This document shows positions 48,767 to 59,229 of a DNA stretch of 64,000 nt, in pieces. This DNA is from an uncultured Clostridia bacterium (GTDB taxonomy: Bacteria > Bacillota > Clostridia > TANB77 > CAG-465): NCBI GenBank assembly GCA_947630145.1, contig CANRGL010000002.1, positions 8,437 through 72,436 of the forward strand. Reading direction: 5' to 3'. Under the pieces are notes generated by a model. That model made no database searches. It was not told the DNA's origin and saw only the letters and a list, made by a program, of their open reading frames with translations. Positions within the stretch are counted from its first letter, which is position 1. Each line of letters starts with the position of its first letter. A program made the position numbers and the translations under genes.

Positions 48767-49408
48767 TCATTCTTTATTAACATTAAAATATTCTTTAAAC
48801 TCATCTGATTCATAACTGTGTTTGCATCTTAGAATCTTATACATAAATTTACTCGTAAAAAAGTTAATAAAAAATATTGTAGAAAGTATTATTTTAGTAT
48901 ACTCCACATTATACTTTGATAATAATAATGTTAATATATAAATTAAAGTAATTAATATTAATGCTTTTATTTTGTAATTTTTTCTTTTTGATTTATTTAA
49001 AATTGGTATTTCTTCTGTATCAGCAGGGACGTGTACATATATAACATATAATGAATAAATAAAAATTATTACAGATATTATATACAAATATATTATTGGT
49101 ATATTTAAAAACATTCCTATAATTACTGGGAGGAAAAAATATAAAGATGTATAGATAAAACACTCTATATTCGTTCTTGCATGTGCTCCACCAACAACAC
49201 TTTTGTATAAAACTGTTATTAACATTACAATACCGACCTTAGGTAAAATATTAAAAAATAAACTTACTATGAATACAAATAAATATTTTGGTACATCTTC
49301 TACTATTCTTGTTACTCCAAATAGCATTATTTCTCGTTCATTTCCTTCAACATTTTCGCCTTTGTATAAAAAGTGATCTAAAAGGTAATTGCTAATTCTT
49401 TCAACCAT
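48767..49408 (-). CDS. agrB: AgrB-like AIP-processing membrane peptidase
   Basis: Polytopic; 'SVVGGAHARTNIECFIYTSL' matches the AgrB 'R..GG.H......C' core. Confidence 0.8.
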   Translation of the reverse strand: MVERISNYLLDHFLYKGENVEGNEREIMLFGVTRIVEDVPKYLFVFIVSLFFNILPKVGIVMLITVLYKSVVGGAHARTNIECFIYTSLYFFLPVIIGMFLNIPIIYLYIISVIIFIYSLYVIYVHVPADTEEIPILNKSKRKNYKIKALILITLIYILTLLLSKYNVEYTKIILSTIFFINFFTSKFMYKILRCKHSYESDEFKEYFNVNKE

Positions 49409-49603
49409 TAGCTTCACCACCCAAAAAAATTATATATTATTTTTTTTAGTTTTCTTATTTTTAGTAATGAAATGTCGTAAATTATACTTATAAGATGTAA
49501 TATGAATTTTTATGCCGATTTTTACTAGTTTTAGGACTGTAATTTTACTTGTAACACTATTAACATTTTTCTCATACTATACTAAAAAAGGAGGTTTTGT
49601 TAA

Positions 49604-50413
49604 GTGAAGGATAAATTTTTAGAAAATAATAACCAAAGATTAGAAATATTAGTAAACGAAGATAATGATAATACCTTAAGAATTGGAGATAAAGCACCTC
49701 GTTTTAATGCTGATACAACTTTTGGAAATATAAAATTAACTGATTATGAAGGAAAATGGTTAATATTATTTTCACATCCTGGAGATTTCACACCTATTTG
49801 TACTACAGAATTCTTAGCTTTTGCTAAAATGTATCCTGAATTTAAAAAGAGAAATTGTGAATTACTAGGATTATCTATTGATAGTACTCCATCACATTTA
49901 GCTTGGGTAAATAATATACATAAAAATACGGGAATTACTATTCCTTTTCCAGTAATAGCTGACAGAGATATGCAGATTGCTAAAAAATATTCAATGATTG
50001 CACCAAATGTAAATGATACTCAAACTATACGAAGTGTATTTTTTATTTGCCCTAATCAAACAATACGTGCTATTTTACAATATCCTATGACCAATGGAAG
50101 AAATATAGCAGAAATTTTAAGACTTCTTGATGCTATGCAATATACTGATGAAAATAATATTATGACACCTGCTAATTGGTTACCTAATCAACCAGGTGTA
50201 ATGCCAATGCCAAAAACATATACTGAACTTATCGAAAAACAAAACAACTTAAGTGGTTTTAACTGTATTGATTGGTACTTATGTTTTAATAACAGTATAC
50301 CAAGTGATATTATAAACAAAAACTCTGACCGTTTTATAGGGATACATGATTTAAATTATATGAACAAATACATAGATAAAAATATTCAAAAAGGAGGTAA
50401 TATATATGAATAA
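49604..50413 (+). CDS. 1-Cys-type peroxiredoxin (AhpC/TSA, Prx6-like) with N- and C-terminal extensions
   Basis: 'FSHPGDFTPICTTE' peroxidatic Cys motif and 'CIDWYLC' C-terminal region. GTG start after GGAGG. Confidence 0.85.
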   Translation: MKDKFLENNNQRLEILVNEDNDNTLRIGDKAPRFNADTTFGNIKLTDYEGKWLILFSHPGDFTPICTTEFLAFAKMYPEFKKRNCELLGLSIDSTPSHLAWVNNIHKNTGITIPFPVIADRDMQIAKKYSMIAPNVNDTQTIRSVFFICPNQTIRAILQYPMTNGRNIAEILRLLDAMQYTDENNIMTPANWLPNQPGVMPMPKTYTELIEKQNNLSGFNCIDWYLCFNNSIPSDIINKNSDRFIGIHDLNYMNKYIDKNIQKGGNIYE

Positions 50414-50555
50414 TAATAATAGTTGTTGTTCTAATTCTGGATGTGGAATATTTGGGGGAAATTGTTGTATTATAATTATACTTATAATAATAGTTCTTTT
50501 CTGCTGTGGTTCATCAGGAAACTCAAATAATAATAGTTGTTGCTCTTTTTTATAA
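50406..50555 (+). CDS. Tiny Cys-rich TM peptide (49 aa), YjcZ-like
   Basis: MNNNNSCCSNSGCGIFGGNCCIIIILIIIVLFCCGSSGNSNNNSCCSFL. The ATG overlaps the last peroxiredoxin codons; GGAGG 8 nt upstream; terminator hairpin downstream. Confidence 0.5.
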   Translation: MNNNNSCCSNSGCGIFGGNCCIIIILIIIVLFCCGSSGNSNNNSCCSFL

Positions 50556-50598
50556 ACAAGTATTAAGGTGCCTAATTATAATTTTAGACACCTTAATA

Positions 50599-51486
50599 TT
50601 AAAAATCTGGAACATATTTTTCCTCATCATTTTCTATATTTTGAATATATCCGTTATCAAAACCTAACTTGTATATGTAATTTTCTATCATACTAAGTTC
50701 TTTTTTGTTTATTTTTCTATTAATTTCAGGAAATATATTTGCTCTATTCGTTGGAAAATATTGAGCCATTATGCTTATATATGCATCTTTTCCAATATTA
50801 TCTTTTATCCATTTTAAAACTTCCTTTGTATTTTTCACATTATTTGGTAGTATTAGATTTCTTACAATTACACCTTTTTGAATTATACCTTCTTTATTAA
50901 ATTTTGGCAAACCTACTTGATTATACATTTCAAGTATAGACATTTTTGCATTCTCAACATAATTGCTTATCCCAGAATATTTTAAAGCAATTTTATTATC
51001 AGAATATTTAAAATCTGGTAAATATATGTCTATAAATCCGTTTAACTCTTTTAATGTCTCTATGCTTTCATACCCACTTGAGTTATATATAATTGGAATA
51101 TTTAATCCCTTTTTTCTAGCTAATATTATAGCCTCTTTAATTTGTAGTGCATAAATAGTCGGAGTAACCAAATTTATATTATTTACTTTCTTATTTTGTA
51201 AGTCAATAAAAATATTTGCTAAATCTTCAATAGTTATTTTATCTCCTTTTCCACCTGAGCTTATTTTATAATTTTGACAATATACACATTTTAAATTACA
51301 ATTAGAGAAAAATACTGCACCAGAGCCGTTTTTGCCACTTATACATGGCTCTTCATAATAAAATACTGATGTTAAAGCAATTTTTAAACTACTATCTGAA
51401 TTACAAAATCCCTTCTCATTATTTTTCCTATTAACTAAACATCTATGTGGGCATAAGTTACATTTTTCTATAGAAATCATTTCCAT
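50599..51486 (-). CDS. Radical SAM protein, PflX/PflA-like
   Basis: 'CNLKCVYCQN' CX3CX2C motif plus the N-terminal 'CNLCPHRC...GFC' cluster motif. Confidence 0.75.
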   Translation of the reverse strand: MEMISIEKCNLCPHRCLVNRKNNEKGFCNSDSSLKIALTSVFYYEEPCISGKNGSGAVFFSNCNLKCVYCQNYKISSGGKGDKITIEDLANIFIDLQNKKVNNINLVTPTIYALQIKEAIILARKKGLNIPIIYNSSGYESIETLKELNGFIDIYLPDFKYSDNKIALKYSGISNYVENAKMSILEMYNQVGLPKFNKEGIIQKGVIVRNLILPNNVKNTKEVLKWIKDNIGKDAYISIMAQYFPTNRANIFPEINRKINKKELSMIENYIYKLGFDNGYIQNIENDEEKYVPDF

Positions 51487-51558
51487 TCTCCTTTTGTATA
51501 ATTATATAACAATTATTACATAATTACAATTAAAAAGAATTTAATATTGTGTGTTAAT

Positions 51559-53187
51559 TTATGCTAAGCAAGCTACTTTTCTTAATTCTTTTGCATTATT
51601 AATAGAAATATTAGATATTACTCCTGATGAAATTCTTGCAATCTCCTCAATAGTTTCATTTTCATTTAAAAGTTTAACTTTAGATACAGTATGATTATTC
51701 TTTACATCTTTTGAAATATAATAGTTATTATCTGCATATGCAGCAACAACTCCAAGATGAGTAATGCATATAACTTGATGATTTAATGATATAGCTTTTA
51801 ATTTACTTCCAACAGCCTTTCCTGCTTTACCACTGATTCCTGTATCAACTTCATCAAAAACAAGTACATCTACATTATCTGATTTTGCTAAAACTTTTTT
51901 TATAGCAAGCATTATTCTTGATATTTCTCCACCTGAAGCAATCTTATTTAAGCTTTTAAATTCATCGCCAACATTAGTAAGTACTTTAAAATAGACAGTA
52001 TCAAGACCATTTATTTTAAACTCATTATTTTTGTTAAAATCTACATTTATTTTTATTTTTGCATTTTTCATCTCTAAATCATTTAATTCATTATTTATAT
52101 TTTCTTGTAATGTTAATGCCTCCTCTTTTCTTATATTACTAATTTTTTCCGCTATATCAATCATTTCTATTTTTATATTTTCTAATCTTTCTGAAACTAC
52201 TTTTAAATGTTCTTCCATATTTTCAATTTCTTCTTTTTTTATTTGTATATTATTTCTATATTCAATTATTTCTTCTATATTATTACCATACTTTCTTTTT
52301 AATAAATAAAGTAAATCAAGTCTTTTAATAACTTCTTTTTTCTCTTGCTCATCAAAATAAATATCCTCTTTATATGAATAAATATTTTGACACACATCCT
52401 CTAACTCATAATATAACCCTTGTAGTCTATCATTTTCAGCTTTATACTTACTATTATAATCAGATATTTTAGATAAGTTTTTTAAAGCCTCACTAATAGC
52501 ATCTAGCACATTAGATGATATTATATTCTCAGCATTATTAATACTTTCATATATTTTTTCAGAGTTTTGTATTATCTTAATTTTATCATTTAAAATTTCT
52601 TCTTCATCTGATTTAAAATTTGCATCGTCAATTTCATTTATTTCATATTCAATTAGATCAAGTAATCTTTTTCTTTCTTTTTCATTACCGTAATTATTTT
52701 TTAATTCCAATTTAAGTAATACATACTCATTATATAACTTTTCATATTTTTCTTTAAGTACTGATAATTTATCTTTAGAATATTCGTCTAAATACTTTAT
52801 ATGATTATTTTCATCTAATAGATTCTGATTTTCATTTTGTCCATGTATGTTTATGACAGATTCCATATAATTTTTTAATTCATTTACCGTTACCATTCTT
52901 CCATTAATCTTGCATTTGTTTTTCCCTGTACATGTTATCTGTCTAGATACAATAATATTATCACTTTCAACATCATCATTTGATATCATAATTTCTACAA
53001 AGCAATAATCTTTTCCTGTTTTTATTATATCTTTAGAAAATCTATTGCCACATATTAGAGATAATGAATCAATAATCAAACTTTTTCCAGCACCTGTTTC
53101 TCCTGTTATTATATTAAGACCTCTTTTAAAATCTACAGTTATATTATCTATTATGCCTATATTTTCAATATGTAGTGTTTCTATCAT
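51559..53187 (-). CDS. recN: DNA repair protein RecN
   Basis: 'GETGAGKSLIIDSLSLICG' Walker A, long coiled coil, 'LVFDEVDTGISG' Walker B. Confidence 0.92.
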   Translation of the reverse strand: MIETLHIENIGIIDNITVDFKRGLNIITGETGAGKSLIIDSLSLICGNRFSKDIIKTGKDYCFVEIMISNDDVESDNIIVSRQITCTGKNKCKINGRMVTVNELKNYMESVINIHGQNENQNLLDENNHIKYLDEYSKDKLSVLKEKYEKLYNEYVLLKLELKNNYGNEKERKRLLDLIEYEINEIDDANFKSDEEEILNDKIKIIQNSEKIYESINNAENIISSNVLDAISEALKNLSKISDYNSKYKAENDRLQGLYYELEDVCQNIYSYKEDIYFDEQEKKEVIKRLDLLYLLKRKYGNNIEEIIEYRNNIQIKKEEIENMEEHLKVVSERLENIKIEMIDIAEKISNIRKEEALTLQENINNELNDLEMKNAKIKINVDFNKNNEFKINGLDTVYFKVLTNVGDEFKSLNKIASGGEISRIMLAIKKVLAKSDNVDVLVFDEVDTGISGKAGKAVGSKLKAISLNHQVICITHLGVVAAYADNNYYISKDVKNNHTVSKVKLLNENETIEEIARISSGVISNISINNAKELRKVACLA

Positions 53188-53235
53188 ATTACCACCTCTT
53201 AAACGTTTGTTCTTTTATATTATACTACATATTTT

Positions 53236-54108
53236 TTAAAAGTCAATACATTTGTTCTTTTTTGTTTCAATATATATTTCTTTTATATTTGTAAATTTAT
53301 ATTTTATCCTTTGCTTTATTCTAAAAATATTTTCATGTATACGTTTTAAATCATTATAATTATTAAAACACAATATAATTATTACAATATACTGATTTCC
53401 TATTGGTTTTGAAATAATTTTTTCAATGCTAAGTACATCTTCATCATTTAAAATTTCATCTTTTATTTGTTCTTCCTCAACACTATCCATTTTCTTATCC
53501 ATTAGAATTTCAAAAGAATGTATAAATAATTTTACTCCATTTATTCCTATAAATATTGATATGACTATTGCTAATATACTATCAATAAAAGTTACACCAA
53601 AATAACTAAATACAAGACCAATTAAAGTACCAATAGTTATATAAATATCATTTCTATGATCTATTTTACTTGCTTTAATTAATATGCTATGTGTCTGTTT
53701 ATATTTAATATTTACATAAACAAACAAAAATAACTTTATTATAATTGTAACTATACATACTAAAACTAATATATATGAAAAATTTACTACTTGCTTTATA
53801 ACAATTCCTTTTATGGAATTTATAAATAATGTTATAGATGTAAAAATCATAAAAATACTAATAAGGAAAGAAAATATATATTCTGCTTTACCAAGTCCAA
53901 AATTATAATTATTACTAGATTTCTTTGAAGATATCATTGCTCCTATGCACGCTAATAAAGACGATAACATATCCTCTAAACTATGCATACTATCAGCAAT
54001 AAGTGCACTACTTTTTGAAAAAATACCTGCAAATAATTTTAATACCATAAGTAATAAATTAGCTATTATTCCTATTATACTTACTTTTTTTATTATTTTA
54101 TTATACAT
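53236..54108 (-). CDS. Cation diffusion facilitator transporter
   Basis: 'ADSMHSLEDM' in TM2, 'HRNDIYITIG' in TM5, C-terminal cytoplasmic domain. The start at MYNK follows GGGAG. Confidence 0.8.
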   Translation of the reverse strand: MYNKIIKKVSIIGIIANLLLMVLKLFAGIFSKSSALIADSMHSLEDMLSSLLACIGAMISSKKSSNNYNFGLGKAEYIFSFLISIFMIFTSITLFINSIKGIVIKQVVNFSYILVLVCIVTIIIKLFLFVYVNIKYKQTHSILIKASKIDHRNDIYITIGTLIGLVFSYFGVTFIDSILAIVISIFIGINGVKLFIHSFEILMDKKMDSVEEEQIKDEILNDEDVLSIEKIISKPIGNQYIVIIILCFNNYNDLKRIHENIFRIKQRIKYKFTNIKEIYIETKKNKCIDF

Positions 54109-54214
54109 TGCAAAAACTCCCAAATACAAAAAAGTAGGCTAATATATCTATTCTCCTACTCCTTTATATTATTATATTAATTTTTGCTTTTTTTGTTATA
54201 TACTTTTATATTAT

Positions 54215-55099
54215 TTATAACGTATGTGGATTTATGTGTATAATAACATCACAAATAAAATCAAACTTATTCATTAATTCTTCCTTTATCTTTCCGCCTA
54301 TATTATGTGCTTTTTCTAAACTCATATCTCCATCCATTGAAACCTTTAAAATAATGATATGTCTATTACCTACTGGTTTTGAAAGAACATCATCTACATG
54401 CAATATTCTTTCATCACTTTCAACAAATTTTATTATCTTTTCATATACACTACTATCTAAACTAGTGTCCATTAGAACTATATATGAATCTTTAAGTAAT
54501 CTTATGCCAACAAATATAATCCATAAAGATATTAAAGCTCCGACAACTCCATCAATCCAATATATTTCAAAATAGCTTGATATAACGCCAATCAAAGTAC
54601 CAATTGTTACAAACATATCATTTCTATGATCTTCACTACTTGCTTTTATTAATATACTATTAGTCTGTTTTTGTTTCTTTTTTGTATAAATAAAAAGTAT
54701 AAGTTTTGTAATTATAGTAATTAAACATATTATCAAAAGAACAATTGAAAACTTAACTTGCTTTTCTAGTATTATACTTTCAATTGATGTTTTCAACATA
54801 AATATTGATGCAACTATCATAGATAGACTAATTATAAAAGAAAAAACATATTCAGCTTTACCATGTCCATACGGATGATCATTATCAGATGGCCTTGAAG
54901 AAAGCTTAGCACCAATAAATGACATAAATGAAGCAAATATATCTCCAGCACTATTTAAACTATCTGCAATCATGGCTTGTGAATTTGATATAAATCCAAT
55001 TGTCCCTTTTATTAAAAGCAAAAATATATTTGCAAATATTCCTAGTATACTTACTTTTTTTATATTATTATCTCTAAGTATTGCTTTATCTTCTTGCAT
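54215..55099 (-). CDS. Cation diffusion facilitator transporter (tandem paralog)
   Basis: 'ADSLNSAGDIF' (His replaced by Asn), 'HRNDMFVTIG', and the same architecture. Confidence 0.8.
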   Translation of the reverse strand: MQEDKAILRDNNIKKVSILGIFANIFLLLIKGTIGFISNSQAMIADSLNSAGDIFASFMSFIGAKLSSRPSDNDHPYGHGKAEYVFSFIISLSMIVASIFMLKTSIESIILEKQVKFSIVLLIICLITIITKLILFIYTKKKQKQTNSILIKASSEDHRNDMFVTIGTLIGVISSYFEIYWIDGVVGALISLWIIFVGIRLLKDSYIVLMDTSLDSSVYEKIIKFVESDERILHVDDVLSKPVGNRHIIILKVSMDGDMSLEKAHNIGGKIKEELMNKFDFICDVIIHINPHTL

Positions 55100-55102
55100 A
55101 AA

Positions 55103-57709
55103 TCACCTCAAGCTATTTATTTTTTTATCTATATCTTGTAACATTTCCTGATATTTGACTAATTTCTCTTTTTCAGCATTTACCAATTTTTCTGGTGCTT
55201 TACATACAAATTTTTCATTTGCAAGCATAGATTTTGCTCTATTTAATTCACTAACTATTTTATTTCTTTCTTCATTTAATTTATTTTTTTCTATATCAAT
55301 ACTTCCAAATAAATCAATATATATACTTAATTTTGGCAAATTTATTATAGTATAGTTTTTGTCTGCATCATCTTCTGATTCTAAATATACTATGTTATCC
55401 AAATATCCTAACCTTTTTATACAATCTTCGCATAGTGAGAATATTTTTTTATCATCCTCTAGTTTTATATATACTTGTGCATTTACCTTTTTAGAATTAT
55501 TTATTCCAGCATTTACCCTTTCATTCCTTATTTGCCTTATCATATTTAAGAATAATTCTATTAATTCTGTCTCCTTTGTAAAATTATAATTATCACTTGG
55601 AAATTCTTCTAGCATTATAGAATCTTTACTTTTATTTAAATTCATATAAATTTCTTCAGTTATAAAAGGCATATATGGATGAAGCATTTTTATAACTTGT
55701 AACAATACATGATTTAAAGTCCATATAGCAGAAGAATATGATGATGTGTTTTGTTTATCATAAAGTCTTGTTTTTACTATTTCTATGTACCAATCACAAA
55801 AATCAGACCATATAAAATCATATAATTTTTGAAGTGGTACACCAATTTCAAATTTATCTAAATTTTCTTTTACTTGTTTTTCTAAATTAGTAAGTTTTGT
55901 AAGTATCCATTTATCAGCAGGTAATAAATCCTCTACATCTTGTTGTGGCATATCACTTACATACATATTAACAAATTTTGCTGCATTCCATAATTTATTA
56001 GTAAAGTTTTTAGCAGATTCTAACTTTTCTTGCATATATCTCATATCATTTCCAGCAGAAATATTTTGAGTAAGTGAAAATCTTAAAGCATCAGTACCAT
56101 AATTTTCTATTACTTCCATAGGATCTACGCCATTTCCTAAGGATTTTGACATTTTTCTACCTTTAGAATCTCTAACTAAACCATGAATGTAAACATTTTC
56201 AAAAGGCACTTTACCAGTATAATGAATTCCAGAAAATATCATTTTACTTACCCAAAACGTTATAATATCATAACCTGTTACAAGTACAGAATTTGGATAA
56301 AAATAATTATAATCTTCTGTATTATCTGGGAAGCCTAAAATTGAAAATGGCCATAATGCTGATGAAAACCATGTATCTAGTGTATCTTCATCTTGAGTAA
56401 GTTTACCACCACAATCACATGTTGTGATATGCTCTTTTGAGACAATTGTTTTTCCACATTTTCCACAGTAATATGCTGGTATTCTATGTCCCCACCATAA
56501 TTGTCTAGAAATACACCAATCCTCTATATTTTCCATCCAATTTAAATATATTTTTTCAAACCTTTTAGGTATAAATTTAACTTCACCTTTTTTTACAGCT
56601 TCTATTGCAGGCTTTGCAAGTTCTTCCATCTTTACAAACCATTGATTAGATATATATGGTTCAATAGTATGATGACATCTGTAACAAGAACCAACGTTAT
56701 GATTATGTGGCTCTACTTTTTCAAGAGCATTTATTTGTTTTAATTCTTCTACAATCTTCTGACGTGCTTCAAGTGTTGTCATTTTCTCATACTTACCTGC
56801 TTTTTCATTTAAAGTTCCATCTTCATTTAATATATTTATAACCTCCAAATTGTGTCTTTGACCAACTTTAAAATCATTAGGATCATGTGCAGGAGTTATT
56901 TTTACAACACCAGTTCCAAATTCAGTATCAACATATCTATCTGCAACAACAGGTATATATTTATTTACAATAGGAAGAAATACTCTTTTACCAATTATAT
57001 CTTTATATCTTTCATCATTTGGATTTACAGCAACGGCAGTATCTCCAAGCATTGTCTCAGGTCTTGTAGTAGCAACTACAACATATCTTTCATTGTCTTC
57101 TAATTTATAACGTATGTACCATAAATTAGATTTTTGTTCTTCATATTCTACTTCGATATCAGAAATTGGAGTTTTACAATAAGGACACCAATTTACAAGT
57201 CTTTCACCTTTATATATAAGTCCCTCGTTATATAACCTATAAAACACTTCAAGTACAGCATTTGAGCATCCTTCGTCCATTGTAAACCTTGATCTTTCCC
57301 AATCACATGAAAGTCCTAATTTTCTTTGTTGATTTATAATTTGTCCACCATATTCTTCTTTCCATTTCCACGCTTCTTCTAAAAATTTTTCTCTTCCTAA
57401 ACTTTCTTTAGTTTTACCCTCTTTTTTTAATTTTTCTACAACCTTAACTTCAGTTGCAATACTTGCATGATCTGTTCCAGGAACATATAATGTTGGATCT
57501 TTTAAAAGTCTATGATAACGTATTAATACATCTTGAATTGTATCATCTAAAGCATGACCTATATGTAACTTGGCTGTTACATTTGGTGGAGGCATTGAAA
57601 TAACAAAAGGCTTCTTTTCTTTATCTATAATTGGTTTAAAATATCCTTTTTCCTCCCAATTTTTATATATTTTTTCCTCTTTTTCTTTAAAATTAAAATT
57701 TTTATCCAT
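55103..57709 (-). CDS. valS: Valyl-tRNA synthetase
   Basis: HIGH ('KLHIGHALDD'), KMSKS ('GRKMSKSLGN') and a C-terminal coiled coil; 868 aa. Confidence 0.97.
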   Translation of the reverse strand: MDKNFNFKEKEEKIYKNWEEKGYFKPIIDKEKKPFVISMPPPNVTAKLHIGHALDDTIQDVLIRYHRLLKDPTLYVPGTDHASIATEVKVVEKLKKEGKTKESLGREKFLEEAWKWKEEYGGQIINQQRKLGLSCDWERSRFTMDEGCSNAVLEVFYRLYNEGLIYKGERLVNWCPYCKTPISDIEVEYEEQKSNLWYIRYKLEDNERYVVVATTRPETMLGDTAVAVNPNDERYKDIIGKRVFLPIVNKYIPVVADRYVDTEFGTGVVKITPAHDPNDFKVGQRHNLEVINILNEDGTLNEKAGKYEKMTTLEARQKIVEELKQINALEKVEPHNHNVGSCYRCHHTIEPYISNQWFVKMEELAKPAIEAVKKGEVKFIPKRFEKIYLNWMENIEDWCISRQLWWGHRIPAYYCGKCGKTIVSKEHITTCDCGGKLTQDEDTLDTWFSSALWPFSILGFPDNTEDYNYFYPNSVLVTGYDIITFWVSKMIFSGIHYTGKVPFENVYIHGLVRDSKGRKMSKSLGNGVDPMEVIENYGTDALRFSLTQNISAGNDMRYMQEKLESAKNFTNKLWNAAKFVNMYVSDMPQQDVEDLLPADKWILTKLTNLEKQVKENLDKFEIGVPLQKLYDFIWSDFCDWYIEIVKTRLYDKQNTSSYSSAIWTLNHVLLQVIKMLHPYMPFITEEIYMNLNKSKDSIMLEEFPSDNYNFTKETELIELFLNMIRQIRNERVNAGINNSKKVNAQVYIKLEDDKKIFSLCEDCIKRLGYLDNIVYLESEDDADKNYTIINLPKLSIYIDLFGSIDIEKNKLNEERNKIVSELNRAKSMLANEKFVCKAPEKLVNAEKEKLVKYQEMLQDIDKKINSLR

Positions 57710-57719
57710 TTTTATCCTC

Positions 57720-57911
57720 CTATTTATATATGTAAATTAAAAAAAGCATACCAATAATTACAATAAATCCCACTATTTTTATAATTTTCGTTGCATTATT
57801 TTCATTTACAGTTTTAAACTTCTTTTTAGCTATATTTCTTGCATTAAATATACTAATTACACAAACTAGTATAATAAGTAGATTTAAAAAAATTATCATA
57901 TTTTTTACCAT
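57720..57911 (-). CDS. Small 2-TM membrane protein between the T-box and valS
   Basis: MVKNMIIFLNLLIILVCVISIF...IVGFIVIIGMLFLIYIYK. GGTGA RBS; its stop is 10 nt before the valS ATG. Confidence 0.45.
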   Translation of the reverse strand: MVKNMIIFLNLLIILVCVISIFNARNIAKKKFKTVNENNATKIIKIVGFIVIIGMLFLIYIYK

Positions 57912-57938
57912 ATTTATCACCACATCTTATTTTATATA

Positions 57939-58195
57939 TAAAAACACAGTCTTTCCTTATATTTTAAGGACGAAGACTGTGTTCGCGGTACCACCTTAAT
58001 TCATGTATAAAACATGCTCTTAATTTGCAAATTAACCGATTGCTAACGGAATATACTTACACATAATAAATTACTTCAGTATATCAGCTCCAAAGCTACC
58101 TTCAAATATACTAGTGTTAAGAAACCTTACAGCTACAAGTTTCTTTCTCTTTTTTCTATATATATTTTACTCCTCTTTATCAACGCTTTTAATAT
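57939..58195 (-). promoter_or_regulatory. T-box riboswitch leader, Val specifier (GUA)
   Basis: Minus strand: stem I 'GCGUUGAUAAAGAGGAGUA', AGAGA box, specifier-loop context 'AGUA...GAA G GUA G', T-box 'AAGGUGGUACCGCG', then a terminator 'CACAGUCUU...AAGACUGUG' plus a U-run. Confidence 0.85.
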
Positions 58196-58269
58196 ATAAC
58201 TTATCTAAAGTATAACATAATTATATTTAAATTTCAACATTTTATTATAAAATACTAATATTTATTATT

Positions 58270-58920
58270 TTATATAAGATACATGTATATAGACCAAAAA
58301 TGGAAAAATGTTCCTAAAATACAAAATATATGAAATACACAATGTATATATTTTACTTTTTTGCCAACTCCATATAATATGGATCCTATTGTATACATTA
58401 CACCACCAAGTATCATATATATTAGTCCTTTAACTCCAACAGATACAAGCAATTTAGATATACCGATTAATATTGACCATCCACTTATCAAATGACAAAT
58501 TACTTCTATAATTTGAAATTTATCAATACTAATACATGTAAAAACAATACCTAAAATAGTAAAAAGGCATACAATACCAAATAAAGTCCAACCAAGTGCT
58601 CCGCCTACTCCTAACAATGCTACTGGAATATATGTTCCTAAAACGAGCAAATAAACGTTACAATGGTCAAGTACTCTTAGAACTTTTTTACCTTCTAAAT
58701 TAGCAGACAATGAATGATATATACAAGACATAGTATATAACATAATGATAGTTGCACCAAATAATGTTACTGTAGTTTCTTCAAGAGCCCCATGTGCTTT
58801 TATAACCATTAAAACTAATGCTGCAATACCAAGTCCAGCACCTACTCCATGAGAAATGGAACTAAATAATTCTTCACTTAATGAATACTTAGGTATCTTA
58901 ATGTTAATCTTTTTAGACAT
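58270..58920 (-). CDS. Hemolysin III / PAQR-family membrane protein
   Basis: 7-TM protein with 'HGVGAGL', 'LDHCNVYLLVLGTYIP' and 'HIFCILGTFFHF' motifs. Confidence 0.85.
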   Translation of the reverse strand: MSKKINIKIPKYSLSEELFSSISHGVGAGLGIAALVLMVIKAHGALEETTVTLFGATIIMLYTMSCIYHSLSANLEGKKVLRVLDHCNVYLLVLGTYIPVALLGVGGALGWTLFGIVCLFTILGIVFTCISIDKFQIIEVICHLISGWSILIGISKLLVSVGVKGLIYMILGGVMYTIGSILYGVGKKVKYIHCVFHIFCILGTFFHFWSIYMYLI

Positions 58921-59028
58921 TATATCACCTCTTTGTATAAAGCATAAGAGCTACTTTGTAGCTCTTATACTTACCTATTATGTAATATTTAGAAATTAAT
59001 TTTGATTAATTACAAACATTAACTAAAA

Positions 59029-59229
<201 letters not shown>

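Noticed and set aside
54215-55099. CDF paralog with Asn replacing the TM2 His (ADSLNSAGD)
   Set aside because: This is probably an ordinary metal-specificity variation between tandem paralogs. It is not interpretable from sequence alone.
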